From contig OZ024740.1 in the NCBI GenBank assembly GCA_964016885.1, positions 242,544,001 through 242,608,000 on the forward strand: 64,000 nucleotides of DNA. Reading direction: 5' to 3'. The notes under the pieces were generated by a model. The model searched no databases. It saw only the letters and a program-made list of their open reading frames with translations, and had not been told where the DNA came from. This DNA is from Eledone cirrhosa. Lineage: Eukaryota. The position numbers and the translations under genes are program-made. Of this stretch, positions 13,414-26,342 are shown piece after piece. The number at the start of each line of letters is the position of its first letter. The stretch's first letter is position 1.

Positions 13414-14763
13414 TTCTATCCAATGCACTACCAAATCTGCCAATTTGCAGCCTTTTTCTAAGTTTATATAATTCAAAATAAACATAATGAGGAGACAAGT
13501 TTTCAATATCAACTATTTCAGATTGGTGGAACATTTTATAACTAACAAATATTTCATTAATTTATTGTAACAGACTCAAGTGCATCCATTTCCTAGAAGA
13601 AAGCATTTAGTATGCCATATAACTGATATATTTTCTTACTGATAGAAGAAAGTCTATTTTAATTCAAATATAGCCTTAAAATTGGCACCATATTCCTGAC
13701 CTTTTGTTATTTATGACTTAGACGAATGCTTTGTATGGAATTATATTGCATTTTTATTAGTTTAAAGATTGTTAAGTTTAAAAGTGTTCCATTTATTAAA
13801 TATAAAGATTAGCTATTGTGTTTTGGTGTCGGAGGGAGAAAAAGAATGAGATTGGTAGATTATTAATAGGAACATCAACATTGATTTAATGACACCCAAG
13901 TGGCATAACACTGTCTTAACACCTTCATGGGTAACTAATGTTACCTAAAGTTTCATTTATCTGAAATATTACTTGATTATTATATTTTATGCTTTGTTTC
14001 TCACAGTCAATATATGGATATTTATTCCCCAAAGTTTGGCTTTAGAAAAAGTTAAAAATAATTATACATTTGCTCATTCTGAATATCTGCTTGACTAATG
14101 GTAAAATTATAACTGGCACATAAAATCTGTTGTTTTGTTTTTGATTCTTTATTGAAATAGTTTCTCATGTTACATAAAATCACCAATTTCTATCCTCCTT
14201 CTATAACTTCAAAGCTCAATGTTTAAATCAGTATTTTTAGGGAATGGATGTTGGTGTAGTTTGTAAAAATGAAGGACTAGATATAATATGGAGGACTACC
14301 TGCAATAGAGTACATGGTTTAATGTCATTAGATAATAGAGTTTAATTTTGACTATAATTCTTGTTATAGATACATATTTGTTCTTGTTGTTTAGCTCAGG
14401 TCAGCCTGGCTTTAGCATTCACATTACTCTATATATACTATTGTATTTTTGCAGTAAAGGTTTTATCTTACATAATATTTCACATAATATCGAATCTATG
14501 AGATTTTGATATAATTTATTTTGAGAACAATACCTTAATATAAATATGAGTGGCTGGTTACAGCAAGTTTGAACAGAAAGAGATGAAAGAATTCTGGCCA
14601 GTTACATCTGGTTTAGATGCTAAAGCAGGAGTGGCCTGTAATACTGTATGTAGGAATACATTATTTAAGATAGAGTGCATCTAAGTCTACATTATCCTCT
14701 GATATTTCTAGCAAATCAAATGAACATTGGCTTGAATACATATCAGTAATATATTGGAGCCAA

Positions 14764-14979
14764 GGGCGGTGGATTGGCAGTATCGGTAGAGCGTCGGACA
14801 CCATGCTTTGCAGCATAGAGTTACAGCCCTTTACGGTCTGAGTTCAAATCCAGCCAAGGTTAACTTTGCCTTTCATCCTTACAGGGTTGACAAAATAAAG
14901 TACCAGTCACGCACTGGGGTCGATTAAATCAACTTTCTCCTCCTCCGAAATTGCTGGCCTTGTGCCTATATAAGAAACC
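14764..14979 (+). mobile_element. tRNA-derived Meta-domain-like SINE
   Basis: GGCGGTGGATTGGCAG head, B-box GAGTTCAAATCC, AACTTTGCCTTTCATCCTT..AAAATAAAGTACCAG domain. Degenerate TSD AATATATTGGAGCCAA / AATATATTGAAGCGAA. Confidence 0.85.
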
Positions 14980-15093
14980 AATATATTGAAGCGAAATCAT
15001 GTGTCTATACTGTCTCCTTTTTATTGACACGTTGACAAGGTACTATTATATAACTGATCAAAATTTTATTGATTCTTAGTTTATCATCATTTC

Positions 15094-15270
15094 GGCAGTA
15101 TCGGTAGAGGGTCGGACGCCATGCTTTGCAAGCATAGAGTTACAGCCCTTTATGGTCTGAGTTCAAATCCTGCCGAGGTTCACTTTGCCTTTCATCCTTA
15201 CAGGGTCAATAAAATAAAGTACCAGTAATACACTGGGTAATTGCTGGCCTTGTGCCAAAAGTAGAAACAA
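15094..15270 (+). mobile_element. Meta-domain-like SINE
   Basis: Same family as 14764, 20065 and 41881. Confidence 0.85.
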
Positions 15271-15334
15271 TTATTACTTTGAGTTAGTAGTGAAGACATT
15301 TAATTCTCAATGACTGATTTTATCTTAATTATTG

Positions 15335-15645
15335 AGAAACTGTGTATAAGATGAATACACTGTAGTGTGCAGGAGAGAAGACTGCATTGGTATGGCCATG
15401 TGAAGCACATGGATGATGACCGCTAGGTGAAGAAGTGCCAGGTAATTTCAGTGGAAGGAAGATGCAGTAGAGGAAGACCATGGAAAACATGGGCAGAGGT
15501 GGTGAGAGCTGACCACAGATCGTTGAAGCTCACAGAGGAGATGACGAAGGACCGTGAAAAATGGAGAAATGCAGTGCTGAAAAGAACCCATCACACCCTT
15601 GCAAGCAGGGGAAAGTGAACATAAAATAACGATGATGATGATGAT
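15335..15645 (+). mobile_element. RTE LINE 3' fragment
   Basis: RRLHWYGHV..GRPWKTWAEVVRAD; (GAT)n tail. Confidence 0.88.
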
Positions 15646-16364
15646 ATGTACCATAGAGTGGCATAGATCCTCTTTGTAAATAGCAGCTGCAAAATAAAAT
15701 TGATGAGTGAGTGTTCAATGTTCAAATTCTCTTGTAGTCAAGCTTGAAATTATTCCAGTGTATTCTTTTGTATTATGTGATGACACAAAGACCAGTTTTT
15801 TTAAATATTGCCCCACCAACCTAATTGGGTTATGAAATTAACTATTACCTCCATTCATGTTGTCTTGTCTATAGCTATTTCATAAAATACCAGTAGTTTT
15901 GAGTCAACTTTAACCTCTTTACTTTTTTCTGTCTTTGCCTTAATTTTGTTTATATAATCTCAAATCATTAACTTTTATGAAGTTATATCCATCAGTTGTT
16001 GCTATTTGTAATCATTTTAAGTCTGTAAAGGTAGAGTAAATAGAACTCTATTGATTTTAATGATGAGTGTTCCATTTGTTCAATTAATTAAACAGTCTAC
16101 TCATTAAATTAAGATGTAAGTAGCTGGGTATTTCATAGACATATATACTCTTAAGTTAATTCTCAGGGAGACTCAGCATGACACAATTATGTGACAAAAC
16201 TAGCTCATTTAATCACAGGTTTGATCCATTTGATGGGCTTCTTAACACTTTCCATCAACCCAATTTCACTCAAAAGCTTTGGATTGATCCAAGGCTGCAG
16301 TCCAAGATTCTACCTAGTGTGTTTGAATCCAGGACATTATGATTGTAAAACAAACTTCTTAACC

Positions 16365-16740
16365 TTTTGACCTTGCTGCCGGTCACTCTCTGACAGGTTT
16401 GCGGTCGTGCCCTTGACAGTGGAGACTTCTGGTGTCTTTGGCCCTAGAGCTACCTCCCTACTCACCACCATAGGCACTGAGGTGGCCAGCCGCAGGTGTG
16501 AGCCTCACGAGATGGAATGGCTCTTCCAGCGCATCTCCCTTACCATCCCCTGGGGACTCATCTTCTCCATTCTATCCACTGGGGCTGTGGGGCGGCCAGC
16601 ACATGGGACCCCATTTGCTCACTATACAGAGAGATGGGGCAATGATGGTGGGAGTTCGGCTCTTCTGTGTTCGGACACATTGTACCTGTTAAGAGTGTAT
16701 ATTGATGTACTTATAGCTGATTCTCTCATTCAAATTATTG
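16365..16740 (+). mobile_element. 3' fragment of a CRE-like non-LTR element (restriction-like endonuclease C-terminus)
   Basis: VPLTVETSGVFGPRA..LL..IG...EP.E.EWLFQRISL matches the P..ET.G..G / L.QR.S pattern typical of CRE-clade C-termini. Confidence 0.7.
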
Positions 16741-17564
16741 TATCTTCTCGTTGCTGTTGTTCTTACTGTCAATCTACTCAGCTATCTATTTCTCTTTCTC
16801 ACAAATCTATATTGATTTAATATTCTGTTTTATAACTAACATGTAATTTTCTTTAGCTCTTTCCATTCCCTTTTTCTCACCAAGCTTGAAGACCCTACAA
16901 AAGGTTACAGGTGTATCAGTAACCATGTCCATGTTTATGATTACAACCATTCTAAAAACCATTGGTTTTTGTGTTGTGTCCCTTTATTTCTTGCATCTTA
17001 GTAGTTTTCAAACTAGAGATCAGTAAAATATGTACCAGACAGAAATAAGTATTAGGCAGGTCAAAACCTGTCTCCAGGTTTTGATATGTGGGGCTGGTGG
17101 GATGGGTGGCTTCAGAACATACTGTGTGGGCACTCTTTTGCAAGGAATGAATTTCAGGATCAATTCAATTGACTATAACCATACCCTGATAAAAGAAATA
17201 TCTAAATCAAAAGAAATCAATATGGATACACATCACAAAATACATGTGTGTTGAACAGCTGTTGATCAGAAGTTGCTAACTAGTAGAAGCTAAATTGTGA
17301 AAATTTCCTCAATTAAAGTATTTCTGGCAGGCATAATATTGGATGAAATCAATGGAACTTACAACTGATTGAATGTTAGGATACAATTTAGACAAACAAA
17401 TATTTAGTAACTGCAACAAACTGTGCCAAGTTGTAATAAATAAACTGCCCCATAACTGGGAAATGAGTTCACAAAACCTAGGTGCAAATTGTTATGGAAC
17501 TATACTTGCAATCACAAGAGACTTATATATTATCTATGTATCTATATTAGTACTGTTGCATTAA

Positions 17565-17573
17565 TCTTGTTGT

Positions 17574-17604
<31 letters not shown>

Positions 17605-17717
17605 TTTGTTGTTGATCTTGTTGTTGTTGTTGTTGTTGTTGATCTTCTTCTTCTTCTTCTTCTTCTTCTTCTTCTTCTTCTTCTTCTTCTTCTTCTTCTT
17701 CTTCTTCTTCTTCTTCT
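17565..17717. repeat. Compound (TTG)n/(TTC)n microsatellite
   Basis: Direct read. Confidence 0.97.
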
Positions 17718-18065
17718 CATTCATCCCATGGTTCCATGGTGAAGCAATATCCACAATACTTACCTTGTTATTCTTCTTTTCTACAACAACAATGTCAGAC
17801 TTTCTAACCACAATAAAATGGTTGCACTGGATGGTCATGTCCCACGAGATCTTATACTGTTCATTTTCAGCCACCCTTTCCAGTTGGTGCTCATACCATT
17901 TCTCACTTCTGCTCATGTCATACTTATGACGGAGCTTGCAATGAACCAATTCCAGTTCCTAACTTTGACAACTGTCACAGGCATTTCACGTATGAATTGA
18001 CCATAGAATTGTTTTTCTTCCATCTATTCAATGTGACATTCTGTCAGTCTTGCTTAAATTCTCCT
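17718..18065 (-). mobile_element. R4/Dong-like non-LTR fragment (RLE domain)
   Basis: VH..L...Y....EKWYEH..ERVAENEQYKISWD.TIQ.....RKSDIVVVEK....IVDIASP is a decayed PD-(D/E)xK RLE region, cut off by the (GAA)n tract. Confidence 0.8.
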
Positions 18066-18111
18066 TCAATGTGTCATTCTGTCTGTCTTGTTTATCATTA
18101 TTGTTGTTATT

Positions 18112-18572
18112 TTTATCTGTCTGGTGGCCATGGCGAAAGAGATAGTATGGTGGACGCATTTGAAAGGGCTGAAGACGAGCACTTTCTTCTTCGGTTATGC
18201 CCTGATTAACTTTTTCCAATTTAATTTGAAAAGGAAAATCAGGGTAGAGAGGGAAGTGCTCTCTTCCCAGCTTTTTGTTGAAAGATGGGTGAGAGAGGCA
18301 AGAATGGCCTGTAAATTGAAGGTGGAAAACTGGGAGAGGACACTTGCCCTGGTGGTCAGGGTCACCGTGGCTTTTTTTAATGGGCTTTCTCCACGATGGC
18401 CCTCGGAAGTCTCCTCCCTATTGGTGATTTTTTCATTGTTCTTTTATTACATCCTCTGTTTTTGTTTTACACGTAGAAATGCCCATTTGTACCGTCCTGT
18501 ATTGTCCTGTACTGTCCTTAATGTCTACTTTGTGTAAACCCTTGTGGTTAATAAAGAAAGCATTATTATTGT
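18112..18572 (+). mobile_element. Tx1/L1-like LINE 3' end
   Basis: LVAMAKEIVWW...F..RW C-terminal pattern, T-rich 3' UTR, AATAAA at about 18549, then (TTA)n. Confidence 0.55.
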
Positions 18573-19124
18573 TGTTGTTATTATTATTGTTGTTGTGGTT
18601 GTTGTTATCATTTTCTTCTTCTTCATTCTTGCCTCCTCTCCTACTTCTGTTATTGCTCTTTCTCTTACACCTGTTTTTCCTGTATATTTGCTCTGCTGGT
18701 AATTATATTTTCAGCCTCCCTACTAAGGTCAAATTCTCACAGTTATCACCTAATTTACTTGTGGTTTGTAGATCAAATTAAGGTTAAGTTTACAATTCTA
18801 TTCAGGGTATTAGAATTACATTAAGGATTAGGAATGGAGTGAGATAAGATAAATAAAGTAGAAATGACTGAGTGGATAATGTTTGGGTGGCCTACCAACT
18901 CAAATATGCTGCTTGCATTTGTTTTGGGATAAAACCTTTAACTATATATTGCCTCAGTTTGTCTGGTTGTAAGGAATGACTACCAAGTTGTTGGAAAGTT
19001 ATTTTCAATAGACTAAGCATCTTAATTTTTTCATCTTAATTTGAATTTTCAAAATGATTAAACTCAGATTTTGTGTTTTTTTCATATTCATCTAATATTT
19101 AATCTACATCTCCTAAGTCCTAAC

Positions 19125-19512
19125 ACTCCACCCTTCACCCATGTCCCAGCACCCCACCCTTCACCAGGCAAGAGCCCCACTCTAGATCTACCTCACCAAT
19201 TCCCACACATCTTCCCACCCCAGCCCTCAGTCCACACTTTAAAGTGATCATTTTGGTGACACAACAAAAAGAACCCACTCCATACTGTAAAGTGATCATG
19301 TAGGTATCTCAACAAAAGCACCCAGTACACAATGTAAATGTGGTTGGAGTTATGAAGGGCTTTCAGCTGTAGAAATCAAACCAGAAACAGTTCTGTATGA
19401 GCAAGACACGGTTATCAGATCTGGCTTGTCTCACAACGAGACAACTCATTTAACCCATGCTAATGTGGAAAAATGGACATTAAATGGTGATGATGATGAT
19501 AATGATGATGAT
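19125..19512 (+). mobile_element. RTE LINE 3' UTR fragment
   Basis: C-rich tract, about two 48-bp units, GAAGGGCTTTCAGCTGTAGAAA and a (GAT)n tail. Confidence 0.8.
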
Positions 19513-20064
19513 TCGTTTACTTTCAAGGGTAGCTTTATTTTAGGCTGGTTTTGAAATGGGAACCTTCTTTTGAAATGCAGAATTTCAAACATCAACCATA
19601 ATAATACACCATGTGTGGTTGTGTGCTTATTTATATAAGTATCTGTCTATAACTCTTTAAAATTTATACACCTATACATGCAGAAACACACAATGCATTT
19701 AGAATCTCAGTCGTGATGTTACAATAAAAACTTCACAAGGTCTTGGGTTGTAACCCTATATTTGTCCTTATAAATAATTATTTTTCCAAAGTTATTCATA
19801 AATTTAACCCTGTATGTCATTTATGCAATTATATCCTCGAAATATATTGTTAAAATATCATTTTTATCTTTAATCACTCCCACATGTCAGCAATCAACAT
19901 AAACTACATAGTTTCTCTTATGCAAACCATTAATTTATCAAATGCAAATTTCCTGGTTTGTATGATTGTTCATATATTCAGTAATCCTGGTGTATATGAC
20001 ATCCCAATCCTGGTTTCCAAAAATTAAATCTACTCAACATTATTGCAGTCATTATTGATGCTAT

Positions 20065-20247
20065 GGCGGTAGATTGGCAGTATTGGCAGAGGGTCGGATG
20101 CCATGCTTTCCAGCATAGTTACGTCCCTTTACGATCTGAGTTCAAATCCCGCCGAGGTTGACTTTGCCTTTCATCCTTACGGGGTCGATAAAATAAAGTA
20201 CCATAATACACTGGGTAATTGCTGGCCTTGTGCCTAAAGTAGAAACA
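20065..20247 (+). mobile_element. Meta-domain-like SINE with TSD
   Basis: Direct repeat ATTATTGATGCTAT at 20051-20064 and 20248-20261. Confidence 0.92.
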
Positions 20248-20878
20248 ATTATTGATGCTATGGGTCTACTAGTTAGAAATAAACATTTTAATCTCAAACC
20301 CAGCTAAGGTAAATCCCCCCCCCCTCTCTCTCTCTCTCTCTTTATAGTAGCAAGACCTGTGGAAATTTTATGTTTTATAAATATTTTGATGTACAAATTG
20401 TTAAATCCTTATAAACATAATTTTATTATGTTAAAGATTCAGTTTATGTCTTTGATTTCCTTCCATATTTAAGATTATTGAAAACGTATAACATTTATAC
20501 TTGTTTCATTATGATAAAGATTCAGTTTATGTCTTTAATTTCATTCCATAATTAAAGTTGTTAAAGGCATAACATTTGAACACATATCTTGACAACCAGA
20601 GTAATATTATAGGTGTCATTGCGCAATATAATATTTGACTCTAAACTGTTTGAAGCATCCCAAACAGCAGTTTTATGTCTTGCCTATTAATTTCTATTGT
20701 CACTATTGACAATTAATAGCAATGGTGTTGCTGTTAATTATATTATCATCTTCATCTTTAATTAAAACACATCCCTTCCTTAACATGCGCCACCACTGCC
20801 ATTGTTATCACTGCTGTCATCCTCTCCACAAAACATGTGTATATGGTGTATATATACACTGTATGTGTGTGTGTGTGA

Positions 20879-20934
<56 letters not shown>

Positions 20935-20964
20935 AGATCAAAAGATGGTTAAAAGAGTTCCATG

Positions 20965-21035
20965 TATTTTATTATGCGCATTTCAAAAAATAATATCATC
21001 ATGCGATGACATTTGCGTTTTCGTCAGATAAAATA
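20965..21035 (-). ncRNA. Mirror copy of the hammerhead motif on the minus strand
   Basis: Exact reverse complement of 21156-21226 within the palindrome. Confidence 0.8.
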
Positions 21036-21155
21036 GGGAGACATGATATGAAGGTTAAAAAACACTTGTGAATAGTGCAGTTTTAAATCAACATATATGT
21101 TGATTTAAAACTGCACTATTCACAAGTGTTTTTTAACCGTCATATCATGTCTTCC

Positions 21156-21226
21156 TATTTTATCTGACGAAAACGCAAATGTCATCGCATGATGATATTA
21201 TTTTTTGAAATGCGCATAATAAAATA
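21156..21226 (+). ncRNA. Type-I hammerhead ribozyme motif, complete
   Basis: Stem I TATTTTAT/ATAAAATA; CTGACGA 21164-21170; stem II AAA..AATGTCATC-GCAT-GATGATATT..TTT; GAAA 21207-21210; palindromic stem III A-TGCGCA-T; predicted cleavage after A21218. Confidence 0.82.
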
Positions 21227-21368
21227 CATGGAACTCTTTTAACCATCTTTTGATCTTATATATTATTTATACTCCAGTCCTACAAACTGTAGAGTGCTAC
21301 TTATCCGATATCTGCATTGCTTTATTGTACTACAATAAAACTCACCTCCTACATATAACTATATATAT

Positions 21369-21443
<75 letters not shown>

Positions 21444-23236
21444 CCATATATTTTTAAAACCCAAATAAACTTGTGAATAATACCATCATTGTGACACTCA
21501 TTGATTCATTGCGTTTTTTAAACAATAGAAAGGAGTATTTAACTTGATGTAATACAAATATCTGAAGAGGTTTTGTTCATAAACTACTGGTTTTCATCTT
21601 TTCTTTTCAGTTGTCTCAATGACTTTTGTATCTTTTGTCAACATACATTGGTGAAAGATGCACATACACTTACTAGTTCTCACACACACACACACATGCA
21701 TTCATACAATGGGCTTCCACACAGCTATTTAGTTTAACACCACCACCTGGCTTTTGAGTGCCTTTAGTGGAGTTTATTCTGTTTCAAACATCCAGGCTAT
21801 AGTTCTGGTTTGTAGATACCTCCTTCTTTCCCAACTGCCCTGTAGGCTCTGAAAAGTGTCATAAGCACTCCTCTTCCCTCCTTCCTTACAATGTTGGAGG
21901 TGCTGAAAAGAGCCATGGACACTTCTATTCTCTCTTGACTAAGCAATAAAAACTGTTCTGGTCATGTATGATTGGCTGTGGAGGGTAAACTTTATTACTT
22001 GATTTTAGACCTCATATTTTATACCATGAAATAGTTATCACCAAAATCTGGTGAATACCATTAGCATTAACATGAAGGTTCTATTATCTCATGGCAAATT
22101 AATAGAGGTGGCAGATTAAAATGCTTCAGTATTGTGTCAACTCACAGTACCCTGAGTTCAGATCCTGCCAAGGTCAACATTGCCTTTTATCTTTTTGAAT
22201 TTGTTAGTCTTATGAAATAGGACATTTTCTGTAGCCCTTGTAGACACCCTAGACCACAAACATTGATAGGTTTGATATTATGTTTGAACTTCTATAGATT
22301 AGATCAACGTTTTGAAAGAAAACATTGGTAGGTGGGGAGAGAGGGTTACAGGAAGATTCCAAACAGAGGAATATATTAGTATGGGGTGCAACAAATTAGT
22401 TTGACAAATTAGTTTGTTGTTTTTGTTTAGGTCTTGGTCAATCCTCATTGAGCAATCCTATGAACAAAGCATTCAAAATCCTGATCATCTCATCTTTGTT
22501 TAACACTTCCCTGGTGATGTTTCTAATAACATTATTTTCAATTAATTTTGAATCTAAGCAAAAATTTGGAGGAATTTTGTAATATAGATAACTTTCTCAT
22601 TATTAAGTTGTTGTTTGGAACAACTTAAGAAAAGTTTCATACAAAACTTTGAATTTAAACATGAATACTTTAAAACAAACAGTTTTCATTATACAACCAG
22701 AGGCAGTTTCAGGTGTTTAGTAGCAAAAGTGGGGTAGAACATGACTTGAAAAGATTTGGCTACTATTTCTAGTAGGATAAGCAGCCTTTAAGCAGAGCTT
22801 GTGATAGTATAATGACTAGATGTAGACATAGGGGACATAGGTAGGTGCCATGATGACTACATCTGTAGAAAATAAAGGAATTCTCTCTGTTAAAAAAATC
22901 CCAAACAAACTATATAAATCCTGTGTAAAAAGTGAGATGTGAAATAAGGAATGGAAATATGAAGAGTGAAGGCAGATGATTCATAGAGATTGTATACTAA
23001 CATCTTGAGAGTAATTCCTTTTTTTGTATGTGTAATTTTAATTTAGAAAGTTTGAAAGCAAATGAGTTAAGAGAAAGACTAAGCTTTAGAAGAATTGTTC
23101 AATATGTGGAGGAGAGATAACTGTGCTAACATGATAATGTTAGTGGAGATAGTCGTGGTGGCAGTGCTGACAGGAGGAACTAAAGGAAAAGTGTGATATT
23201 AATTAAATTTCTGCTTGTCTGCTAGTTAACCATTTA

Positions 23237-23237
<1 letters not shown>

Positions 23238-23299
<62 letters not shown>
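23238..23299. repeat. (CA)n microsatellite
   Basis: Direct read. Confidence 0.97.
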
Positions 23300-23301
<2 letters not shown>

Positions 23302-23743
23302 CACATGCATATAAACTTACAACATATATCATATATGTATATTAGAATTCAATGGAGGTTAGACATGGTAGAAGATCAAGGAACATTTGTAATGGAATTG
23401 ATACATCCTGCCAGAAAACAAATGAATAAGATGAATGATACAAGATCAATAATGTTTTGAATTGCTGAAGTATCTAACCCATTGGTAGCATAGATAAGCA
23501 AAATCCTTTTGCTGTTGCAAGATAGTTTTTTTGATCAGCCATAATTGAGCAGACATATGAGGAAAGGTCTTCCAGTTGTGATCATCCTGCTGGTTTGTAT
23601 ATTAGAGACTATATCATTGTTAAATTTATTCTTCCTTTTTTGTAGGATGGTAGGAGAGATGTGAGAAAAATTTGACTTCTATTTCTAGCAGGCTGAAAAT
23701 GACCACATAGAGGCTGCTTTGTTGATCTGTTACAAGTTGTTAT

Positions 23744-23856
23744 AGTTCAAATCCCGTCGAGGTTAACTTTGCCTTTCATCCTTACGAGGTCGATAAAATA
23801 AAGTACCAGTAATGCACTGGGGTATATTGCTGGCCTTGAGCCAAAAGTAGAAACAT
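23744..23856 (+). mobile_element. Meta-domain-like SINE, 5'-truncated
   Basis: AGTTCAAATCCC..AACTTTGCCTTTCATCCTTACGAGGTCGATAAAATAAAGTACCAG. Confidence 0.85.
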
Positions 23857-24169
23857 TATCATAATGACATCAATTATTATAATTAATGATTGTGATGATA
23901 ATGATGGTGATGATGATGATTATGATGATGTTGATGATGTGGATGATAATGGTGATGATGACATTAATAGAATTAGTACTATTTAACCACTTGATTCTAC
24001 AACTTCTGTTGCTGCTGCCACAACTTCTAAAATGACTGCTTCCACCATTGTTGCTGCTACTGCTGTTATTATTAATACTGTTGTCACTTGGGTAGCAACA
24101 AGTGTAATCACTAATTATTCACTAATTCTTTACTGTTTACTCTCACTTCAAGACCCCACTCCTTCCCCA

Positions 24170-24178
24170 CTGCTGCTG

Positions 24179-24246
<68 letters not shown>

Positions 24247-24330
24247 GCCATTACTGCTGCTGCTGCTGTTGCTGCTGCTACTGCTACCACCACCACCACC
24301 ACCACCACCACCAACACTACTGCTGCTGCT
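24170..24330. repeat. Compound (CTA)n/(CTG)n/(CCA)n microsatellite
   Basis: Direct read; it explains the poly-L/S/V pseudo-ORFs. Confidence 0.97.
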
Positions 24331-24674
24331 TGCTGTTATTGTTCTTGTTGTTAAGAATCCAGCTGTCACAACTGCAACCAGTATAATGCACAACAGCTGG
24401 TGTAAACTATACACACATCCTGCCCTCTAGATGACATACTTGCTGATTTTCAGTAAAGCAAGTCCTCCCTAGTTTTTCATCAATTATCTTTCTCTTCACC
24501 TTCTCGCTCTCTCTCTCTTCTACTTTTCTCTATATAGCTCTTTAATTCTTTCTATCTCCCTCTATCCTGCCCTCCCTCTCACTACAGTGGTACAAACAAT
24601 TTTTTGAGGTGATAAACAGCTTGCTCCTGGTATGGTTTCACAAAAACTATTATAACACAATTCAAATTCTTTAA

Positions 24675-24813
24675 TACCACCACCGACACCAACGACAACA
24701 ACAGCACCCCAATCCCACCCCACCATAACCACCACCACCAGCACCAGCACCAGCACCACCACCACCAGCACCACCACCACCACCACTACCACCACCATCA
24801 TCATCATCATCAT
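24675..24813. repeat. (CCA)n/(CAT)n trinucleotide tract
   Basis: Direct read. Confidence 0.93.
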
Positions 24814-26342
24814 TCAATGTCTGTTTTTCTTGCTAGCAGAGGTTAGACAGGTTGTCCCAAACCAAGTCAATATTTAATTGAAACAACTGACTTTTAAGAT
24901 TGGCTGGGGGCCATGCATCTTGCTTACATATACTCCCACACTCTACCAAGTGCTTATATAGGATGGTGTGCCACTTCTTGCTTATATATAATGCACTGGG
25001 TGTCTGTCAAATAAGAGCTCAGACAAGTTGGCTCTTAGGGGTAGAAGAGTTTTGCAACTCTTTTTGGCAGAGTTATTAGAGTTTTGTATATTTGTTCCAA
25101 GTGACTGAATTCCAAGTTCAAATCTCGCCAAAGTCCACTTCGCCTTTCATACTTTTGGGTTCAATAAAGAAAGTATGTGTTGGTGCAGTCTTCTTTCCTT
25201 CCAGCTATCACATCCTAGATGTTCTGCAGGATCAATGGAGGGAGTCAATATCTGCTCATGACCGCATGGGCACCTAAAAAAAACCTTATTGAGAGCATGG
25301 TATATACTACTAAGTCATACTCGATTGAGAGTGACAGCTGTAGTTCAGTTTATTGATATTTAGTCATAGGTCACCTCTAATTGATCATCCCATTCCTTCT
25401 TTCAGACAGTGTATTCCATATCTATGACTGCATCAGTAGACATGTATTTTTTTAAGGACTGTAGGATGTGATTTGAGACAGGTATGCCTGCTTTTCTAGC
25501 AAATCAAGCAATACACAGGCTTTCTTGCTGGCATATCTCTAATTGATGAATAATGTAATTGGTTTCTGAATAAAAAAAAATTTTAAACAGAAGATTAACT
25601 GATCACAGCATGAACACCTTTGATCATAGGATTGTTCAGCCAGAGCTGACTTGGAAACAAACAACAAGAAATTTGGTAAACTTTCTATGCTAAAAAAACA
25701 TTGCCAGCTGTATTTAAGGTATTGATTTGATAGAAACAAAACAAAAGGAGTGCCATACTAGAAACCTTACATTTTACGAATAGTTTTGTCCTATATTCTG
25801 AGTCAAAATCCCATCATGGTCAACTTTACTTTTTAAACCGCTCAGATTGATATGATCCATAATTTTATTGTGGCAAATTGGCAGTCATCAGAACATCAGC
25901 TAGAATGCCAACAGCTTTTCTTCCAGTCTTCTGCACTCTGAGTTCAAATCCTGCTGGGATCAACTTTGACTTTCATTCTTCCAGGGTCAATAAAGTACCT
26001 GTCAAAAACTGAGGATCAATTCTTTTCTTTCCCTCTCTGTATCTCTCAGCTATGTTGTGCTATTGGAAGGCTTATTGGGGACCACTAACGACATCTTTTT
26101 TTCTAGAAATGGAGAACAACTGAGCAAGAAGTTATCAATCTTTTCTTATGGAAAAACAAATATGCTACTGAAACCACCCAAGAACAACCTGATATGCAGT
26201 ATAGCATGGGATAGTAATAATAAATAGATATAGTTTGATAAATTAAGTACCAAATATATGTGAATAGGGATCAATTTAATCAACTAACTATATCTCACTT
26301 CTAAATTTATGGCATTTTACCAATGCAATGGGTCACATAATG

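Larger units (their letters stand above)
20925..21360. mobile_element. Fold-back non-coding element (PLE pLTR-like): 342-bp palindrome plus ~95-bp unique tail, inserted in (TA)n
   Basis: 20925-21266 is self-complementary about ACATA|TATGT (centre 21095/21096) with 2 mismatched pairs. It contains a hammerhead motif and has (TA)n on both sides. Confidence 0.85.

Noticed and set aside
24032-24430. Poly-Leu/Pro membrane-protein-like ORF
   Set aside because: Trinucleotide microsatellite with no other coding signal.
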